NCBI GenBank assembly: GCA_951406725.2
Contig: OX597831.1
Location: 20,088,001-20,152,000 of the forward strand
From: Octopus vulgaris
Taxonomy: Eukaryota
Length of the DNA stretch: 64,000 nt
Direction of reading: 5' to 3'
This document shows positions 1 to 13,121 of the stretch, one piece after another; the first letter of the stretch is position 1, and the number at the start of each line of letters is the position of its first letter. The notes under the pieces were generated by a model. It was not told the DNA's origin. It saw nothing but the letters and a program-made list of their open reading frames with translations, and ran no database searches. Both the position numbers and the translations under genes were made by a program.

Positions 1-19
1 AGCGCCACCACTAGCCGAG

Positions 20-196
20 CAATTATTCTGTGCTAATGAACAGAAATAACCGGGAAATCGTGATACACAGATATTGAGCTGAGTGGAGGTGTTGGGTTCC
101 CTTGTTCGAAAAATAAGGACACAGATCGTGTCGTAAGCCAGCTGGAGACGATGTCTCCTGGGGCTAAATTGTTGCCAAATAATCTTTACTCCAGAA
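20..196 (+). mobile_element. Dispersed repeat with a degenerate hammerhead motif (retrozyme/Penelope-like family)
   Basis: Reverse-complement homolog of 6589-6811. Reads tctgtg-CTAATGA-...-GAAA-tcgtga-TA-cacaga at 27-71, with the core CTGATGA mutated to CTAATGA. Confidence 0.55.
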
Positions 197-206
197 ACAT
201 ATTTAC

Positions 207-361
207 CTGATAAGATACATGCCATCTTTAAGGGCAGCGTATGCTGTATCAATCGCTTTACGTCTATCATCTGACAATTCGATGTTGGGGGTTTCCCCAG
301 AGATCTGCTGCAACCATTTTAGGCAAAGACGAGCGTTGTCTATATCAAAGTTGGCCTCGAT
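207..361 (-). CDS. Calponin/transgelin-family (SM22/MP20/myophilin-like) gene, coding exon 2: start of the calponin-homology domain. The gene continues beyond the left edge of the window.
   Basis: Translates IEANFDIDNARLCLKWLQQISGE...AYAALKDGMYLI, matching the CH-domain pattern (W-L/I..G, LKDG..L). Acceptor ttttcag|ATC at 362/361 and donor AG|gtaaat at 207/206. Length 155 nt, starting in phase 0. Confidence 0.85.
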
Positions 362-365
362 CTGA

Positions 366-394
366 AAATAATAATAATAATAATAATAATAATC

Positions 395-449
<55 letters not shown>

Positions 450-452
450 TAA
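366..452 (+). repeat. (AAT)n microsatellite abutting the exon-2 splice acceptor
   Basis: Direct reading of the sequence. Confidence 0.95.
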
Positions 453-976
453 TACCAGGCAGTGGCTCTCATGGCTTCTGATCTTAACTGTTTGGAAGTG
501 TTATCATGTACATTGTTTTGTCTTGGTATAAAAGATGGGCTACAGCAAATATTCTGCTCAATACCACAGATTTGCTTGTCAGTTGTTTGTCCCTTAGTGG
601 CTGACGATATGTACATCTCTGATCACAAGCAGAAGTAGTGGGGGAGCATCATAGCCATGTGTTGAGAGGGATTGTTGGGGGTTTGAATAATTCACCTCTG
701 GAAACATGGGTGGTTCTTTCAACATCCTTAAACAACCCTTATTCAGGGACCTTTTGAGCGGGATGGGCTACTCAACCTGAAGAAAATTCTAACTGGGCCC
801 CACCTGCAAGGTCATGTGCTGTTTATCATGATATGAGATCACCATGTCGCGCACATATGGTTGTGATGCATGTACCTGGTGTACCTTTATCAGACGGGTA
901 GTCATGATGGGTATATTGGGCTTTGTATATTTTACCCCAGTGTCACTTTGATGGCATGCACTGCTCTCTCACTCAA
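453..976 (+). mobile_element. ~520-bp interspersed repeat, copy 1, embedded in (AAT)n (probable non-LTR 3' UTR or non-autonomous retroelement)
   Basis: Near-identical to 1094-1647, with a partial copy at 6508-6590. Both ends run into (AAT)n. Confidence 0.7.
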
Positions 977-1093
977 TAATAATAATAATAATAAGAAGAA
1001 GAATATTAATAATAATAATAATAATAATATTGATATTATTATTATTATTAATAATAATAATAATAACAACAACAACAACAACAACAATAATAA

Positions 1094-1646
1094 ATGCCCT
1101 GATGCAGTACCAGGCAGTGGCTCTCATGGCTTCTGATAACTGACTAGAATTGTTATCATGTACATTGTTTTGTCTTGGTATAAAAGATGGGCTACAGCAA
1201 ATATTCTGCTCAATACCACAGATTTGCTTGTCAGTTGTTTGACCTTAACCATTTGAGCATGTCCCTTAGTGGCTGACGATATGTGCATCTCTGATCACGA
1301 GCAGAAATAGAGGGGGAGCATCATAGCCATGTGTTGAGAGGGATTATTTGGGGTTTGAATAATTCACCTCTGGAAACATGGGTGGTTCTTTCAACATTCT
1401 TAAACAACCCTTATTCAGGGACCGTTTGAGCGGGATGGGCTACTCAACCTGAAGAAAATTCTAACTGGGCCCCACCTGCAAGGTCATGTGCTGTTTATCT
1501 TGATATGAGATCACCATGTCGCGCACATATGGTTGTGATGCATGTGCCTGGTGTACCCTTATCAGACGGGTAGTCATGATGGGTATATTGGGCTTCGTAT
1601 ATTTTACTCCAGTGTCACTTTGATGGCATGCACTGCTCTCTCACTC

Positions 1647-1647
<1 letters not shown>
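1094..1647 (+). mobile_element. ~550-bp interspersed repeat, copy 2, embedded in (AAT)n
   Basis: Direct repeat of 453-976, followed by (AAT)n(GAT)n(AAT)n(AAG)n. Confidence 0.7.
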
Positions 1648-1708
<61 letters not shown>

Positions 1709-1746
1709 TGATGATGATGATGATGATGATGATAATAATAATAATA

Positions 1747-1844
<98 letters not shown>

Positions 1845-1858
1845 AAGAAAAAGAAGAA

Positions 1859-4800
1859 ATACACCGGGGGCGTTTAAGATGTAAGAACGACAAAACAGAA
1901 CTCCGAAATCTATCCACAAACATCGAAAACAAGGACATCGTATGGAGCCAAAGATTTACTAACAAAGGATTGGACTGTATCCGAGTAAGTAATACTCACT
2001 GAAATTTATTACTATTTTCGAAACGAAATGTTGTATTTTGACTCGATATTATCTCCACCTCTAACACAACACATGTAAACATACGTAGAACATTACGATC
2101 CATCAACACCAGATCATCCCCGACCCCAAACACCATGTACAAAGGAACTACGAAGAAATTAAATACCACCGATATTATTCAACCCAAGAATAACAATCGG
2201 GAGGTACGTACTTTAAACTTACAACACAAAATGTACGAAAAACTACACGTGCAAAACAATGTGACAACAGAAATGAACGGACCGGTACCCTACGAAAATG
2301 ACGACCGTCAAAATAATGGGCCGGACGTTGTTCCTCATGTCCCGCAAATAAAACCCAAAAGACATAAATGGACACGTGAGGAATACATTTCTATCCTACA
2401 CGCATACTTCACAGCAGTGCTCTACCCAAAAAATGAAAACACAACAACACATACATGTAAAATATGGAAGGAAAATAACATAAATATAGACTCGGATACA
2501 GCAATGAACCCTAATAAACTAGCTACCGTACGAAGATACATTCTCAAGGCAAAACAAATATCAGAAATAGAAATAGAACATCTAAAAGAAAAAATAAACC
2601 AGGAAATTGTCGATAGAAGCCACACAACAATGCCCAATAATATAAACACTGAAACAGTAAAACACGAAGACAAACGTAACATTCCCAACAAACACGATGT
2701 AAACAAAAAAACAACAAACCCAGACCGTAAGGATGCATAATAATACACGACAAACACCAAGCCAAAACACGGCAAACAAACATACAAATGAGAAAGAAAG
2801 CGACACAGATCTAAAACCTGGAAACAACGAAGGGGAGCCTAATGATTATGATAATATAAAAAGTAAAATAATCAAAGAACTGAAAACCACAGAGCTCAAA
2901 ATGGACCACCGACCATACCTCCCAAAAATCAAAATAGACGAAACAACAACACCAGTTATAAACAGCATAAACCTAGCCGTCACGGAATTAATAGCCACTG
3001 AAACAAAAAGCGATATCACTAAGCTAAATGACTTAGTATACGCAGCAGCCACTGCAGCCACAAAAGAAGCTGGATACTCACCCAAACCCATCCAAACAGG
3101 AGTATCACCACCCAAACAAACCCTGTGGATAAATAACATCCAAAACAAAATACAAAAAATGAGAAAAGATCTGTCGATTCTTAATGAAATCAGTAGACAA
3201 TCAACGCTACTGAGCAACAAAAAGAAAACAAAAATACTCCGCAAATATAACATCACAGAAAAAGATTTACCTGAGATAAAAGAAAAGCTGAAGCAAGATA
3301 TCCTAGCCAAAGCACAAAGGATCCGCCGGTACGAGAAACGCCAGCGTTTCTTTGAACAAAACGAAAAGTTCAACTCCAACCCCAAAAAGTTCTACCAAGA
3401 ACTTGGCAAGAATAAAATAGAAATCACTGCAGCACCAACGGCAGAAGAAGTGGAAGAATTCTGGAGAGAAATATGGTCGGCGAACGAACAACCAAAAAAA
3501 GGAGTATCAAAACAACAAACTCAGCATGTGAGAAAATTTGGACCCCCATAACAACTGAAGAGGTCACCCAGGCACTGCAAAGACTAGGCAACTGGAAGGC
3601 ACCTGGGCATGACAAGATCCCCAACTTCTGGTTGAAATACCAAACAGGAATGCACAAAAAACTGGCTGAAAACTTTAACAACATACTAGCAGAGCCAGAG
3701 ACAATACTTGAATGGCTCACGAAGGGGAAAACCAACTTAATTCCCAAATCAAATGAGACAGCAAAACCAGAAAACTACAGACCAATAACCTGTCTCCCTA
3801 CAATGTACAAGGCATTTACTGCAGTGATATCGCAAAGGCTGAACAAGCACCTGGACGAAAACAACCTGTTTCCAGAAGAGCAGAAAGGATGCCGCAAAGG
3901 CTCATATGGCTGTAAAGATCAACTAATGATTAATAAAGCCATAACTGAAGACAGCCACAGAAAGAAGAAAGGCCTCAGTATGGCCTGGATCGACTACAAA
4001 AAGACGTTTGATAGCATCCCTCACACATGGATCCTCGAAACACTAGCCATTAACAAAGTAGCACCAACAATTATAAAATTCATAGGGCACTCTATGAATA
4101 AATGGCAAACAGTGCTACAGCTCCAAACAAAAGAGGGACTCATGAAAACCAAAGCCATCCCCATTAGAAGAGGAATATTCCAGGGAGGCACGCTCTCTCC
4201 ACTCCTTTTCTGCTTGGCACTGTCACCTCTATCTGATATGCTAAATAGAACTGGATGCGGATATAAATGTTACGGCAAAACGATCAGCCACCTTTTATAT
4301 ATGCATGACCTAAAACTATACGCTGCAAATGACAAACAGTTGGAAACACTATTAAAGACAGTTCATGGATTTACCAAAGAAATAGATATGAAATTTGGAT
4401 TAGAAAAATGCGCCAAAGTAACCATGAAAAGAGGAAAACTAGTTAAGAGTAGCAACATTACACTAGATAAAACCAATGAAATAAAACAATTAGACCAAAG
4501 CCAAACTTACAAATACTTAGGAATCCATGAACTAGATAAGACACAACACACACAAATGAAAGAGAAAATAAAAAAAGAATACTATAGACGAGTTAGATCA
4601 ATACTAAAAACAGAGCTCAATGCTAAAAACAAGATAATAGGTATTAACACTTTAGCTATCCCAGTTATAAGTTTCAGCTACAATATCCTTAACTGGACAC
4701 TAAATGAACTGACCAAAATAGATAGGAAAACAAGAAAAATAATGACAGGATCTAGGATGCATCACCCAAAATCTGACATAGAAAGACTATATATACAACG

Positions 4801-5833
4801 TATAGAAGGTGGTAGAGGCCTTATACAGCTGGAAAACTACTATAAAATAACCACCATAGGACTGCAAAATATCTACTTCAGAAGGAAGAAAAACTGATAC
4901 AAATAGCGGCAAAACACGAGCAAAACAAAAAACTGTTCTCAGTATTTAAGGAAGCTGACAAATACAAACAAGAAATCATACCACCTAATAAATATGAAGA
5001 AGAAGAAGAAGAAGAAGAAGAAGAAGAAGAAGAAGAAGAAGAAGAAGAAGAAGAAGAAGAAGAAGAAGAAGAAGAAGAAGAAGAAGAAGAAGAAGAAGAA
5101 GAAACAACAAAAGCTATAAAACAAATGAAATCCAAACTAAAAATAGAACAGCTACGAACCATGATAAAACGATGGCAAGAAAAGCCCCTTCATGGTAAAT
5201 ACTGGACCAAACTAAACGCAAAAGAAATATACAATGGTTGAGAAGCTCAGGACAGGACCAAAGCCTCCCCACCAGAAATTACCAAAAACATGTAATGAAA
5301 AGAAATATAACGAGTAACTGCAGAATATGTGGAGATGGACAAGAAACAATAAATCATATTATCTCTGGCTGCCCAGTCCTGGCTAAGAAGGAATATATTC
5401 ACAGACATGACAGAGTTGGAACCTACATACACTGGAAGCTATGCCAACATTATGGAATAACAACAGAAAAAAGATGGTATAGGCACACACCAGAAAAGGT
5501 CACAGAAAACGAGAAAACATCCATACTCTGGGATATGCCGATACACACAGATAGAGAAATTAAGGCCAACAGACGAGATATAGTTGTCACAGATCATGAA
5601 GGAAAAAAATGCTTTCTAATTGATATATCAATACCGGCAGATGACAACGTGTCTCTAAAAGAAATGGAGAATCTTTCAAAATACAAAGACCTGGAAATAG
5701 AGGTAACCAGAATGTAGAATCTAAAAACAGAAACAATTCCTATCCTAGTAGGTGCATTAGGCATGATAAAAAAATATTCAGACAAATACATAACAAAAAC
5801 ACCAGGACTTACAAACACATATAACATACAGAA
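1859..5833 (+). mobile_element. R4/Dong-clade non-LTR retrotransposon, nearly full ORF but decayed (RT + CCHC + restriction-like endonuclease)
   Basis: Frameshifted ORFs 2135-2740 (RHKWTREE), 2733-3551, 3473-4897 (RT: KAPGHDKI, YRPITCL, WIDYKKTFDS, GIFQG, LLYMHDLKL with YMDD mutated, YKYLG) and 5238-5717 (CRICG..ETINHIISGC, RHD, NRRDIVV for the PD motif, LIDISIP..KY.DL). A (GAA)n expansion lies at 4996-5103. Confidence 0.9.
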
Positions 5834-6200
5834 ATGGGCCGAGGGTAAGCTTTCCCTGAAAGGTTGGACAAAGGTGGCTAACGCCTATATCGTGCCCGTC
5901 ATCTACAATCTCTCGACCGTCTTGCTTTGTCCTACCCACTGTCTGATTACGCTGGAGCGTATACTCGTCGGCTTTATGTGGAATGTCAGACGGTTTATCT
6001 GCTGTCAGCACCCGCTGCTTGATGGCATGGGCATCCCGTGGTTGATGATGCGCAGATATGCACAGAAGCTACATCTCCAGTGTTTCCTTGGCGGTGAACA
6101 GGTGTAGTCGACATTCGCCAGACGCGTATTACCGCAGCTAGCTCGTTTCTTTAACAGAGCTACAGTCCTGGACAAAACAGAGACCGAGGAGGAACATTTA
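5834..6200 (+). mobile_element. Tx1/L1-like LINE fragment
   Basis: WAEGKLSLKGWTKVANAYIVPVIY resembles the post-RT W...LSL.G...V.N motif. Shares nucleotide sequence (tggttgatgatgcgcaga...ggtgaacaggtgt) with 56277-57459. Confidence 0.6.
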
Positions 6201-6234
6201 GAAAGTGGAATACTACTACTACTACTACTACTAC

Positions 6235-6284
<50 letters not shown>

Positions 6285-6287
6285 TTA

Positions 6288-6502
6288 ATCTTTTCTACTA
6301 TAGGCACAAGGCCTGAAATTTGGTGGGAGGGGAATAGTGGATTACATCGACTCCAGTGTTCAACTGGTACTTATTTTATTGACTCCGAAAATTTGAAAGG
6401 CAAAGTCGACCTCGGCGGAATTTGAACTCAGAACGTGAAGACGGACGAAAGGTCGCTAAGCATTGTGCCCAGAGTCCTATGATTCTGCCAGCTCGCTGCC
6501 TT
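6288..6502 (-). mobile_element. SINE family C (Nin-domain-like)
   Basis: Contains ggcagcgagctggcagaatc...gagttcaaattccgccgaggtcgactttgcctttca. Many copies in the window. Confidence 0.75.
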
Positions 6503-6588
6503 AAATGGGCTTCTGATCTGAACTGATTGGAAGGGTTATCACGTAAATTGTTTTGTCTTGTTATAAAAGATGGGCGACAGCAAATATT

Positions 6589-6811
6589 CTGGAGTAAAAA
6601 GTTTTGCCCAACATAACATGGCAGTTCTGGTTTAGGACGAATGTTGCTGTATCTTAGCCCCAGGAGACATCGTCTTCAACTGGCTATACTACACGATCTA
6701 TATCCTTATAATTTCGAATAAAAGAATCTAGCACCACCACTCAGCTCAAAACAATATCTGTGTATCGCGATTTCCGTAATATTTCCCTTCATCAGCACAG
6801 AACAATTGTTC
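6589..6811 (-). mobile_element. Dispersed repeat carrying a hammerhead motif (same family as 20-196)
   Basis: Inverted homolog of 20-196. Shares the gacacagat...ccagctgg...tctcctggggcta block with 29705-29755. Confidence 0.6.
6757..6801 (-). ncRNA. Minimal type I hammerhead ribozyme motif
   Basis: Minus strand reads tctgtg CTGATGA agggaaatattacg GAAA tcgcga TA cacaga: 6-bp stem I and palindromic stem III region (ATCGCGAT). Stem II pairs poorly. Confidence 0.55.
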
Positions 6812-6984
6812 ATACATATGTATGTGTATGCATGTATGAATGCATGTATGCATGTATATTTATGTATGTACGTACGTATGTATGTATGTATGTATGTGTG
6901 TGTGAGTATGTATGTATGTGTGTGTATGTATGTATGTATGTATGTGTGTGTATGTATGTATGTATGTATGTATGTATGTATGTA

Positions 6985-7535
6985 GTGTCAGGTGACTTTT
7001 AAGTGCTACTGGTAACATGTAACCCAGTACAACCTGCTGCATGGTCGGGTCGTCGGCGACTAAACCGGCAACCCCACCAAGCTTGCTTGGTGAGGAGGGT
7101 GTTTATTGGACACCCTCCGGGATGAAAAACAAAACCCGTCAAAGGGCGGAGTAACTCTTGAGAGTCAACGGCCATCCAATAAATGTCTTAAGGCTGGATC
7201 ATGCGCGGGGACATAGAAATAATCGGACTGAATACCGATCGTGCGGTTAAACCATTTGGAGTGAAGGACTCCTAGCCTTTGTTAGGGCATCCCTCTAGGA
7301 GAAGGTAACTCAGGTAACTGGGATAACTCTGACATAAAATCCGCGGCTCAGTGGTTACCGATGATGTTGACTTGTTCTTCTTTTCGGATTATGGCTGCTG
7401 TTTCTTAGTGAGTGGAATTGACTCAATGCATACCCTTTCCCTACTTAAAAAAAAATCTTGCACAGGCATTGCACGATAACAACATTGATTAAGCCTCGTG
7501 CAATGGCCATACTCGATAACGAGGGGGCAGCCACC
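6985..7535 (+). mobile_element. RTE-related retroelement segment (5' UTR-like)
   Basis: GC-richer block between microsatellites containing ggcatccctctaggagaaggtaactc, similar to the motif in RTE 5' UTRs. Confidence 0.4.
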
Positions 7536-7581
7536 AAATATGTATGTATGTGTGTATGTATGTATGTATGTATGTATGTAT

Positions 7582-7665
<84 letters not shown>

Positions 7666-7874
7666 ATCCAGCCGTCCTTTTCAAACGGGATTTCGTCTTT
7701 TGAACCGATTTACCCTGAAGTGACTTATATATGATTGAACTGTGATTGTATATATCAGGAAAAAATATATATAAGTCGAAACAATTAGTTGGACTTCTTC
7801 GGTTTTCATAATTATTTATACAATACTGCTCTGTTATATATTATATTCATAGCTTTTAATGTAATATTGTCATT

Positions 7875-8488
7875 CTTTTACTCTTTTACTTGTTTCAATC
7901 ATTTGACGGTGGCCATGCTGGAGCACCGCCTTTTAGTCGAGCAAATCAACCCCAGGACTTATTCTTTGTAAGCCTAGTATTTATTCTATCGGTCTCTTAT
8001 GCCGAACACCTAAGTTACAAGGGCGTAAACACACCAGCATCGGTTGTCAAGTGATGCTGGGGGTACAAACACAGACATACAAACATATACACACACATGT
8101 ACACACACATATATACGATGGGCTTCTTTCAGTTTCCTTCTACCAAATCCACTCACAAGAATATAGTAGAAGACACTTGCTCAAGGTGCCACGCAGTGAG
8201 ACTGAACCCGGAACCATGTGGTTGGTAAGCAAGCTACTTACCACACAGCCATGTCAATAGAATATCTCTATATTTAATTTATCGTTACTCTTTTACTTGT
8301 TTCAGTCATTTTGACTGCGGCCATGCTGGAGCACCGCTTTTTAGTCGAGCAAATCGACATCCAGGACTTATTCTTTGTAAGCTTAGTACTTATTCTATCG
8401 TTCTCTTATGCCGAACCGTTTAGTTACAGGGACGTTAACACACCAGCATCGATTGTTAAGCGATGTTGGGTGGACAAACACAGACACA

Positions 8489-8578
<90 letters not shown>

Positions 8579-8733
8579 TATACGGGCTTCTTTCAGTTTC
8601 CGTCTACCAAATCCACTCACAAGGCTTTGGTCACCCCGAGGCTATAGTAGAAGACAGTTGCCCCTAGTTGCCACGCAGTGGGACTGAACCCGGAACCATG
8701 TGGTTGGTAAGCAAGCTACATATCACACAGCCA
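7875..8733 (-). mobile_element. Two tandem copies of SINE family A (tRNA-derived head, internal microsatellite, LINE-like tail)
   Basis: 7875-8252 and 8286-8733 each match the family A consensus seen at 60691-61092. Confidence 0.85.
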
Positions 8734-9229
8734 TAAATACATACATAAATATACAGTTAATAGTTTACAACGCTATTAAAAGTACCCAGCGCCATGCTAC
8801 TTTCACAGATAAACTCTTAAACTACTCTTTAAACAACACACGATGATTTAAAAATAAACGTTTCACCTTGAGTACGGGGGAATAATTTTTTTTATATCAC
8901 TTATCTTTACCCTCCACCCAGACACCGGAATGTAGGATAGGAATATTTGAATATAAAGGATTAGGTTTACGGAAGTTAGTCAGGGCTCTTGTTTTAAGGA
9001 GTGGCGTCTATTATTAGAATCGTGGCTTCCAGCTGCTTGCCTAAGGAGAGGCAGACATTTTGTATATACACTTGTCTATTGTGTCATGTGTGTATGCGTG
9101 TACGTGTGTGTGTGAGTGGAAGTATATCTGTATAATTGTATATCTCAGCTTATTACCTAATAAACGAGTGCCTCTTTTTCGTGACTTGTGAGACTTATTG
9201 GAAAACTAAAAACGTGTATGTATGTTTGT

Positions 9230-9670
9230 ATATAAGTATGTATGTAGGTACGTACGTACATATGTATGTACGTGTGTGTATGTATGTGTGTGTGTATATA
9301 AGTAGGTATGTACGTATGTATATATGTACGTATGTATGTATGTATGTATGTACGTATGTAGGTAGGTAGATACGTACGTATGTAGGTATATGTATGTATG
9401 TGCGTACGTATGTATGTATGTACTTATGAATGTCTATACGTACGTATGTACGTATGTATGTATGTACGTATGTATGTACGTAGGTACGTACGTATGTAGG
9501 CATGTATGTATGTACATATATATGTATGTATGTACGTATGTTATGTTTGTAAGTACGCATGTATGTAGGTACGTACGTATGTATGTGTGTATGCACGTGT
9601 GTATGTGCGTACGTACGTATGTATGTTTGCATGTATGTTTGTATGTATGTATGTATGTATGTATGTGCGC
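9230..9670. repeat. Degenerate (TATG/TACG)n microsatellite
   Basis: Direct reading of the sequence. Confidence 0.9.
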
Positions 9671-10143
9671 GTGAGGGTGCATCCCTTTGCGGTTAGAGCA
9701 TTGCACTCATGATCATGAAATCGTTATCCTAATTCCTGGACCGCGAGTTTCGTTGTGTCCCTGATCAAAACACTTCGTCTCACGTTGCTCTCCCAATCAC
9801 TTGGACACCTGACGTGAGGGTACACCGTCCACCTATTCAGGTAACATCGATTTGATTTAGTTAGTCAGCTATTACTCAGCACCTACATTTGACCATTATA
9901 AGGTGCAGCTTGTTCAACATAGAAAATAGGGAACCTTCTTTCTCGGATACGAGGCACTACCATCACCATCATCATCATCATCATCATGCTTGTATGTATC
10001 GTATTTACCTACACATAGAAATGTGCGTACAGGCAACGTGTGCGTCTCCGTTTGGGGGGGGGGGGGCGTGAACACGTGTGTGAGAGTGTGTGTCTGCTTG
10101 TGGATGTATGCATGTATATATATATATATACATATATAGGCAT

Positions 10144-10213
<70 letters not shown>

Positions 10214-10420
10214 AGAGTTCACGAAAACAACAAAAGACGAAGACAGATGGTGTACAAAACAAACAGATATATTAGTATAATGCTCGGGAATAGAAAAAGT
10301 CTTTTAGGTTTCGAGCCTACGCTCTTCTACAGAAAGGGACACAGAAAAAAACAAGGAGAGAAAAATGTGTGTAGTGGCTAACGATCTATCATGGCAACTA
10401 TATATATATACACACACACC

Positions 10421-11930
10421 CTAGCAGAAATACCCGACGTTGCCTTGGTTAAAGAGAATAATGAAATTTAAAAGCGCCGTCTTGATCACGCAGGTCTCAA
10501 CTGCTAGTAGCTGAGATACCAACATTTTATATTAATAACTCTCCAACCCATGCCAGCATAAAACAAAGACGTTAAGTGAAATGTTAAAAGAAAGTTTTCA
10601 ACTCATATATATATATAAAGTAAAAACACGTAATCCAAAGCACGTTTTCTGTAGTTTATTTTGGTAAAAGAAAAAAACAGGTACATATTATAAAGAATAA
10701 AAGGCCGATTTTGGTGATTCCTTTGACAGAGGCCAATCCGATGATAAATCTGACCTTGGATCTTGAAAGTTTGCATGAATTGTGACTCAGTTAAGTCTCT
10801 TGTAGTTCCATATGATGTCATCTGTAGTGCAGCGTTGTATTGTCTAATTTTGTTTTGGAAGTGCTTGGAATCTTGATGACAACAGTTTCTTCAATGGCCC
10901 TGGAGGATGGGGGATTGCACCGAGTTTAACCTTTCCACCACTGCAGCATAGTGCAGGTGTCTCTCCAAGCCACTTCTTTGCTTTGCAATGTATGCACTCA
11001 GACGTCATTGCACCAATGGAAAATCTAGTTTCATCTGCATAATGAACTGCTAGATCACAGTTGAAAGCTGCTTCATAGAAGTTGCTTCTATGAGATGTTG
11101 TAGCTGCTCCTCGTTCTTCAGTGGAGATCCTATTCCTTGTCAGCTATGCATACCTCTGTTCATCACTCTAAGATGTTTCGGCTTTTGTAGTGCACGGTCT
11201 GTTCGTTTCTCGGTATGCTTCCCTTTCTGCAGCTGTCTCTCTTTCACTGGACAGAGACATTAATTTGGTTGACCTTGACTTTGTAACAAATTTGACACTT
11301 TCCTTCTAGGCATGGTTATATACGTATACAGAAATACACGGGGACAGAAGATAGTAAACAATGAAAATAATTGGGTAACGGAAATTATATTTCTTAATAC
11401 GACAGGCAGAAAGTAAATAAGAAATTTTACCCTAACCCTAACCCTAACCCTAACCCCAACGGGTTGAATCGAAATTTGTCAGTCAACCAAAGAGCCAATA
11501 TCGAAGGAACCAGAAAAATGCCGTTAACAACAGAAAGACACAAAACCGTTACAAAAGTAAATAAGAAATTTTTAGGGAAATTAACTAAGTGTACGGATTT
11601 AAGTGAAATTTTTGAAGTTACTTTTGTCAGTAAATTATGATCTTAATTTTATTAGTTATTCCCTCAACAACAAAAAACACAAAACGTTGCAAATATAAAT
11701 AAGAAATTTGTAGGCAAATTTAAGGAAGTGTACCGATTGAAGTGAAATTTATGAAGTTACTTCTGCCAGTAAATTATGTATGAAATTATTTTCATCAGTA
11801 ATTTGTCATTGTTGTTTGTAAATAGCGATTGAAAACTTTCAGTGAAAAACAATAGCAATTGAACTTAAAGGGAAAACAATAGCACCTGAAAAATGAAAGT
11901 GAAAACAATAGAGGTTGATATATAAAGAGA
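10421..11930 (-). mobile_element. Helitron relic (Rep N-terminal region, internally deleted)
   Basis: Minus strand encodes C.HCKAKKWLGETPALCCSGGKVKL (zinc finger) and MTSYG...FMQTFKIQGQIYHRIG. The 3' terminus is a GC hairpin (accaaggcaacgtcgggt) followed by CTAG at 10421-10424. The 5' boundary is approximate. Confidence 0.8.
11429..11457 (+). repeat. Short interstitial (CCCTAA)n telomere-type repeat inside the Helitron
   Basis: accctaaccctaaccctaaccctaacccc. Confidence 0.85.
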
Positions 11931-12221
11931 GGGAGAGAGAGAGAGCTAGCTAGTTAGACAAACAAGATAGATATAGATAGATAAGATATAGACATATACA
12001 GAGAGATAGATAAATATACAGACAGAGAGGGATAGCAAGATATAGAGAGATAGAGATACACGTGAAAAGCGAATACACACACATCTCTATTTTATATATA
12101 AGGTGAGATGGCGATAATTTTTTTACCAATGGATGTACAGGAGACAATTTCCAGGGACGGGTGTTTTCTGCTCTCAGGGGGGCTCGTTACTCATTTTGTG
12201 AAAATTTTTAAGACTCTAAAA

Positions 12222-12252
<31 letters not shown>

Positions 12253-12262
<10 letters not shown>

Positions 12263-13121
12263 TGAGAATGTGTGTCTGTGTGTATGTCTGTGTGTTTCCC
12301 TAAAACTTGAGAACGACACAACCAATTTCATTCAAATTTTACACATGCCTTACTTAGGGTCCGAGGAGTGTCATCGGCAAAAAAATTTTACTTTCTCCCT
12401 AGGGCGAGCCCACAGCAATATCATATCTTCTCCACTACGATTCCCTAAAACTTGAGAACTACACAACCAATTCCATTCAAATTTTACACTTCCCTTACTT
12501 AAGGTCCATGTAGTTTCATGGGCAAAAAAAGAATGTTCAACTTCTTGCCTAGAGCGAGCCCATAGCAATATCATATCTTCTCCACTATTTCAGTATAACG
12601 TGTTAAAAGTGAAACAAAAACGTTTTTCTATTTTATGTCAGATTCTTTCACTTTAACAATAAAAATAATAATAACAATTGAATTATATGTAGTAAGTAAT
12701 AATTAAAATCAAACCAAGGTATAATATAATCGTAACATAACAAAAGTAAAAATAGCAATTGGTATAAAATTGCATCAATGATTTGAACTTGAATGAGTGG
12801 TTTCACATGAATGGGAATAAATTAAAAATATAATTAGCGTGCAGAAATGGAATAGTCCAGATGAATAATAAAAAATTAAATTAAAGAAAAGACTATTGTC
12901 TATAAAGTATACAATGTAGAGAAAAAGAAGAGCTAACAATTCCAGTCTGTTATATATTTTGAGTATTGTTATCACTAGCGATATGAAGATATAACTTTGT
13001 ATTTTGCATTTTATGTGTAGATGTATATATATATAGATGTACATGTAATATGTATACATATATAAACACATATATACATGCACTAGCACTATGACCCGGC
13101 AACGACGGGTCTTTAATGCTA

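Noticed and set aside
1859-2134. HDV-like ribozyme at the R4/Dong 5' end (and at the RTE-like 5' UTR near 6985)
   Set aside because: Plausible by precedent, but I could not identify the P1/P2/P3 pseudoknot by eye. It needs a descriptor search.
11429-11457. Chromosome end or fusion site
   Set aside because: Fewer than five CCCTAA units, embedded within a Helitron.
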